A DNA stretch of 64,000 bases, taken from the NCBI GenBank assembly GCA_963666215.2, contig CAXWPL010000005.1, forward strand, positions 576,001 through 640,000. The letters are read 5' to 3'. The stretch's first letter is position 1. The number at the start of each line of letters is the position of its first letter. The notes under the pieces were generated by a model. It made no database searches. It was not told the DNA's origin and saw only the letters and a list, made by a program, of their open reading frames with translations. The translations under genes and the position numbers were made by a program. Of the stretch, positions 59,427 to 64,000 are shown piece by piece. The stretch comes from Acidobacteriota bacterium. Its GTDB lineage: Bacteria; Acidobacteriota; UBA890; WLXD01.

Positions 59427-59873
59427 CGACCGGCGCCAGACGCGTCCCCGACGGCGCAGCCCGCCTAGAGCTGGCCTGCCGGCCGCGCGCAGTCGGACCG
59501 GGGTTGCCACAGGCGTGACCAAGAGCGCGAATTGCCTGGCGTCAACTCGGTTCCACGCCGTCAGAGGGCCGCGCCTGGCTCGATTGCTGTCGTCCCGGAC
59601 CTCGTCGACGCCCATGGTGCACCGGCTGTCCGCTTGCTGCCACTGCTGCCTCCGGATCGTGTTGGTATCCGCCGCCGTCAACGCACATGCATGGTCACTT
59701 TCCGACTTTCGGGCTAATCTACCCTCCTGGGCTCGAAACCCGAGATGGGTCACAGTGGAAATCGACTTTCGCGCCGCGACCACGTCTAACGAGCTGAAGT
59801 GCCGAGGCCGACCGCGCCTCGTACATCCGACAGATTTCCCCCGCCAATTGGAACACCCGAATTGGAGAAGCGA

Positions 59874-61478
<1,605 letters not shown>

Positions 61479-61573
61479 ATGTCAGAGGAACCGAGCTCCA
61501 GGCGTCGCATCTCGGAATCTGAAGGGCAGGATCCAGGGCCGAGAAGAAGCGAACGCTTCGAGAAGATAACTAG

Positions 61574-61604
61574 AGGGTCACCGGCGCCGGCCGGTGGCCC
61601 TTTT
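61574..61604 (+). terminator. Intrinsic terminator
   Basis: AGGGTCACCGGC-GCCG-GCCGGTGGCCCT followed by TTT. Confidence 0.7.
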
Positions 61605-61621
61605 GCTTGCCGTGTGGCGTG

Positions 61622-61906
61622 CTACCAGCGGTTGACCACCCTCTTGACGTCCTGAGTCTCTGAGCTCGTTTCGACCACAACATCACCGTCGGCGTCGAGG
61701 AAGGCCTCGAGCGACGACAGTCGGAACCGCCATTGCCGGCCGACTCGCGTCGCCGGGATGCGTCCCTGCTTGGCCATCCGATAGACGGTCGACTTGTTGA
61801 TGCGCAGCAGGTCTGCCACATCCTCGACCGTCATGAACTCGCCGAGACGACTCTCGAGCTCCGGAGTCGCGTTCAGCTCGCCGTGAGTTTCCTTCGTTTC
61901 GGTCAT
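61622..61906 (-). CDS. Excisionase-like HTH DNA-binding protein
   Basis: MTVEDVADLLRI.KSTVYRMA..G.IPA.RVGRQWRF. Confidence 0.88.
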   Translation of the reverse strand: MTETKETHGELNATPELESRLGEFMTVEDVADLLRINKSTVYRMAKQGRIPATRVGRQWRFRLSSLEAFLDADGDVVVETSSETQDVKRVVNRW

Positions 61907-61928
61907 GGTTCGTTGCCTCCCACCCGCC

Positions 61929-64000
61929 TCACGACTGTGCCGCGATGGCGTCTTGTGGTCCTTTCGAGCTAGCTTCGGCGACCACTACCCGCCGTTCGAG
62001 CATCTCGAGAAACGCGTGCGCCACCTCGGGATTCCAGTGGCTTCCTACTTTCTGTTCAATGAGCCGCTTGGCTCGGGGCACTTCCATCGCGGGTCGCTGG
62101 GCCCGCTCTGAAACAAGAGCGTTGTAAACGTCGCAGATGCCGACGATCTGAGCGCCGATCGGAATTTCCTCACCGCGCAGGCCGGCGGGATAGCCACTGC
62201 CGTCCCAGCGCTCATGGCAGGCACTGATGATCTCGGCGGTCTCTTCGAGGCCGGGGACCGACCGGATCGTGTGTGCGCCCTGCATGAGGGCGCGCTCCAC
62301 CAGCGCACGCTCTTCGTCGGTGAACGTACCCTCTTTGGTGAGTACTTGCGGCGCCACGGCGAACTTGCCAACGTCGTGAAGGTAGCCTGCAAGCTCGATG
62401 CGCAACATCTCGTCTTCGGACAAGCCCATCCTATGAGCGAGGTCGCCGCACAGCTCCGATACGACGCGAGCATGCGGGCGGGCCAGCGGATCCTTCGATT
62501 CGACGATGTTGATCAGATCTGCGATCGCCTTCCACACCACGGGGCTCTCGATGCCGAGTGCGGCGCGCTTGACGAGCTCGTCGAGCTGCTCTTCGACGTC
62601 GCGCGGGAGACGAGGCTCGGCGGGAACCCGTGGTCTTTCCTGGGGGGCCCCAACGGATTCGAGCTCTTCGGCTGTGCACTCGTCGGCTCGGCGCGCACGA
62701 TGCCCGCCGGCGGTCTTGGCCAGGTACATGGCCTTATCGGCGCTCTCCAGCAGCACTTCGGTGGTTTCGCCATCGGCTGGAAACTCGCCCACACCAATCG
62801 AGGCTCTCAGGTCGAACGGCTGGTCCCATTCCATCATGGTCATGCCGTTGAGCATCGCGTCGAGCCGCTCCATCGTTCGATCGATGGGACTCTGCACGAG
62901 GGCAACGAACTCGTCGCCGCCGTAGCGGCACATCGCCACCGCATCCGGAAGCGCGCCGCGAAGCCGGTTCCCCATCTCCGTGATCGCGACGTTGCCCGCG
63001 ATGTGGCCGTGCACGTCATTGATCGTCTTCAGGTTGTCCATATCCACGACTGCGATCGTCATCGGACTCATCGCCGCGACGTTCGGCGCGGTCAGAGTCT
63101 CGGTCAGCTGGTCGGTGAAGGCCTGGAAATTGAGTAGCCCGGTGAGGCCGTCGATGCGGCTCTGGCGGCGCAGCTGGTCGAGCAGGTCGCGACCATGGAT
63201 GAACGACGCCACCATCAGCGAAGCGGCCCAGCAGAAGTCGCGATCGGCCTCGCCAAAGCTTCGATTCCGGCGCTTGTCGCGCAGATAGAAGGCTCCGAGT
63301 AACTCTTCGTTGGCCTTGATCGGGACCACCAAGAAGCTGTTGAACGGCATGGAGTCGGGCATGTACTCGCAGATCTGCGCCCAAAGCTCTGGTGGCTCGT
63401 TGGGGTGCACTTCTGTGATTCCACCGTCGGCGAACGTCCTCTGTAGCTCGGGGTAGGCGTCGATAGCAATCGGCCTTACCTCGGCGCTCGAATCGTCACT
63501 GCTGGCCGCCACAAAGCCCTCGAGGCTGCCGCGTTCGATCATCACGAGGGAACACCGATCGACCCCAACGCCCTGCTGCACCCGCTTGGTGATCTCGAAC
63601 ATCACGTCCGCCGACGCTTCCTTTGCCCCGGTGAGGCCGAGGCGTCCGATCTCGGACAGGAAGCGCAGCCGATACTTGTCTTTGCTCAGGTGCTTGGCGT
63701 GTTGCGCGAACGACCGCATGCGGAACTCGAGCTGCTCGGCCCGGCCGCGCTCGTCTTTCCACTGCTGCGCGATGAGACCGAAGAAGTAGCCCATTCGAAA
63801 CAGGAAGGCGAGACGGCCAATCTGGCCGGGGTCGCGCAGTATGGAGGCACCAAACTGCATGAACGCCACGCTGCTGTACGCAGCGCAGGCTACGAGGCTA
63901 AGGCTCATGGCCACCGTGCCCCGGTGCCACGCGGCGGCGAACGCCAGCGCCAGCAAGTACCCCATGAAAAAGTCGCCGCCCGCGGACTTGGTCAGAAACA
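61929..64000 (-). CDS. Membrane GAF-GGDEF-HD-GYP protein (probably begins beyond window end)
   Basis: DGLTGLLN, DMDNLK.IND.HGH..G, RYGGDEF, LHDVGK, HERWDGSGYP. Confidence 0.9.
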   Translation of the reverse strand, partial: FLTKSAGGDFFMGYLLALAFAAAWHRGTVAMSLSLVACAAYSSVAFMQFGASILRDPGQIGRLAFLFRMGYFFGLIAQQWKDERGRAEQLEFRMRSFAQHAKHLSKDKYRLRFLSEIGRLGLTGAKEASADVMFEITKRVQQGVGVDRCSLVMIERGSLEGFVAASSDDSSAEVRPIAIDAYPELQRTFADGGITEVHPNEPPELWAQICEYMPDSMPFNSFLVVPIKANEELLGAFYLRDKRRNRSFGEADRDFCWAASLMVASFIHGRDLLDQLRRQSRIDGLTGLLNFQAFTDQLTETLTAPNVAAMSPMTIAVVDMDNLKTINDVHGHIAGNVAITEMGNRLRGALPDAVAMCRYGGDEFVALVQSPIDRTMERLDAMLNGMTMMEWDQPFDLRASIGVGEFPADGETTEVLLESADKAMYLAKTAGGHRARRADECTAEELESVGAPQERPRVPAEPRLPRDVEEQLDELVKRAALGIESPVVWKAIADLINIVESKDPLARPHARVVSELCGDLAHRMGLSEDEMLRIELAGYLHDVGKFAVAPQVLTKEGTFTDEERALVERALMQGAHTIRSVPGLEETAEIISACHERWDGSGYPAGLRGEEIPIGAQIVGICDVYNALVSERAQRPAMEVPRAKRLIEQKVGSHWNPEVAHAFLEMLERRVVVAEASSKGPQDAIAAQS

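Noticed and set aside
61622-61906. Excisionase as evidence of a prophage or ICE
   Set aside because: No integrase, att site or phage genes in the neighbourhood.

Overview
GC-rich bacterial chromosome segment. Gene content suggests Acidobacteriota (inference from three PadR regulators, two PadR-coupled duplicated orphan ABC permeases, and Ser/Thr kinases with beta-propeller ectodomains). It carries a TRAP transporter with a glyoxylate/alpha-hydroxy-acid catabolic cluster, several peptidases, a multicopper oxidase-TolC copper operon with a decayed near-identical duplicate, SPFH/NfeD, ligA, pncB, citrate synthase, a DegP-like protease, a GGDEF/HD-GYP protein, and two complete IS elements (IS481 and IS256 families). 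The ORF track misses several signals: (1) a DUF3179-type gene read through an in-frame UGA in a U-x-x-C motif with an fdhF-like SECIS hairpin; (2) a CxxxC-containing leader ORF upstream of the oxidase, whose SD is sequestered, resembling CutF/CruR; (3) a 25-codon ORF that is only a signal peptide, with its own RBS and terminator; (4) a tandem acidic/basic pair of small secreted paralogues, the first apparently starting at CTG; (5) a candidate structured RNA of about 220 nt; (6) PadR operator/promoter architectures. All assignments come from reading motifs by eye. No database search or folding computation was run.
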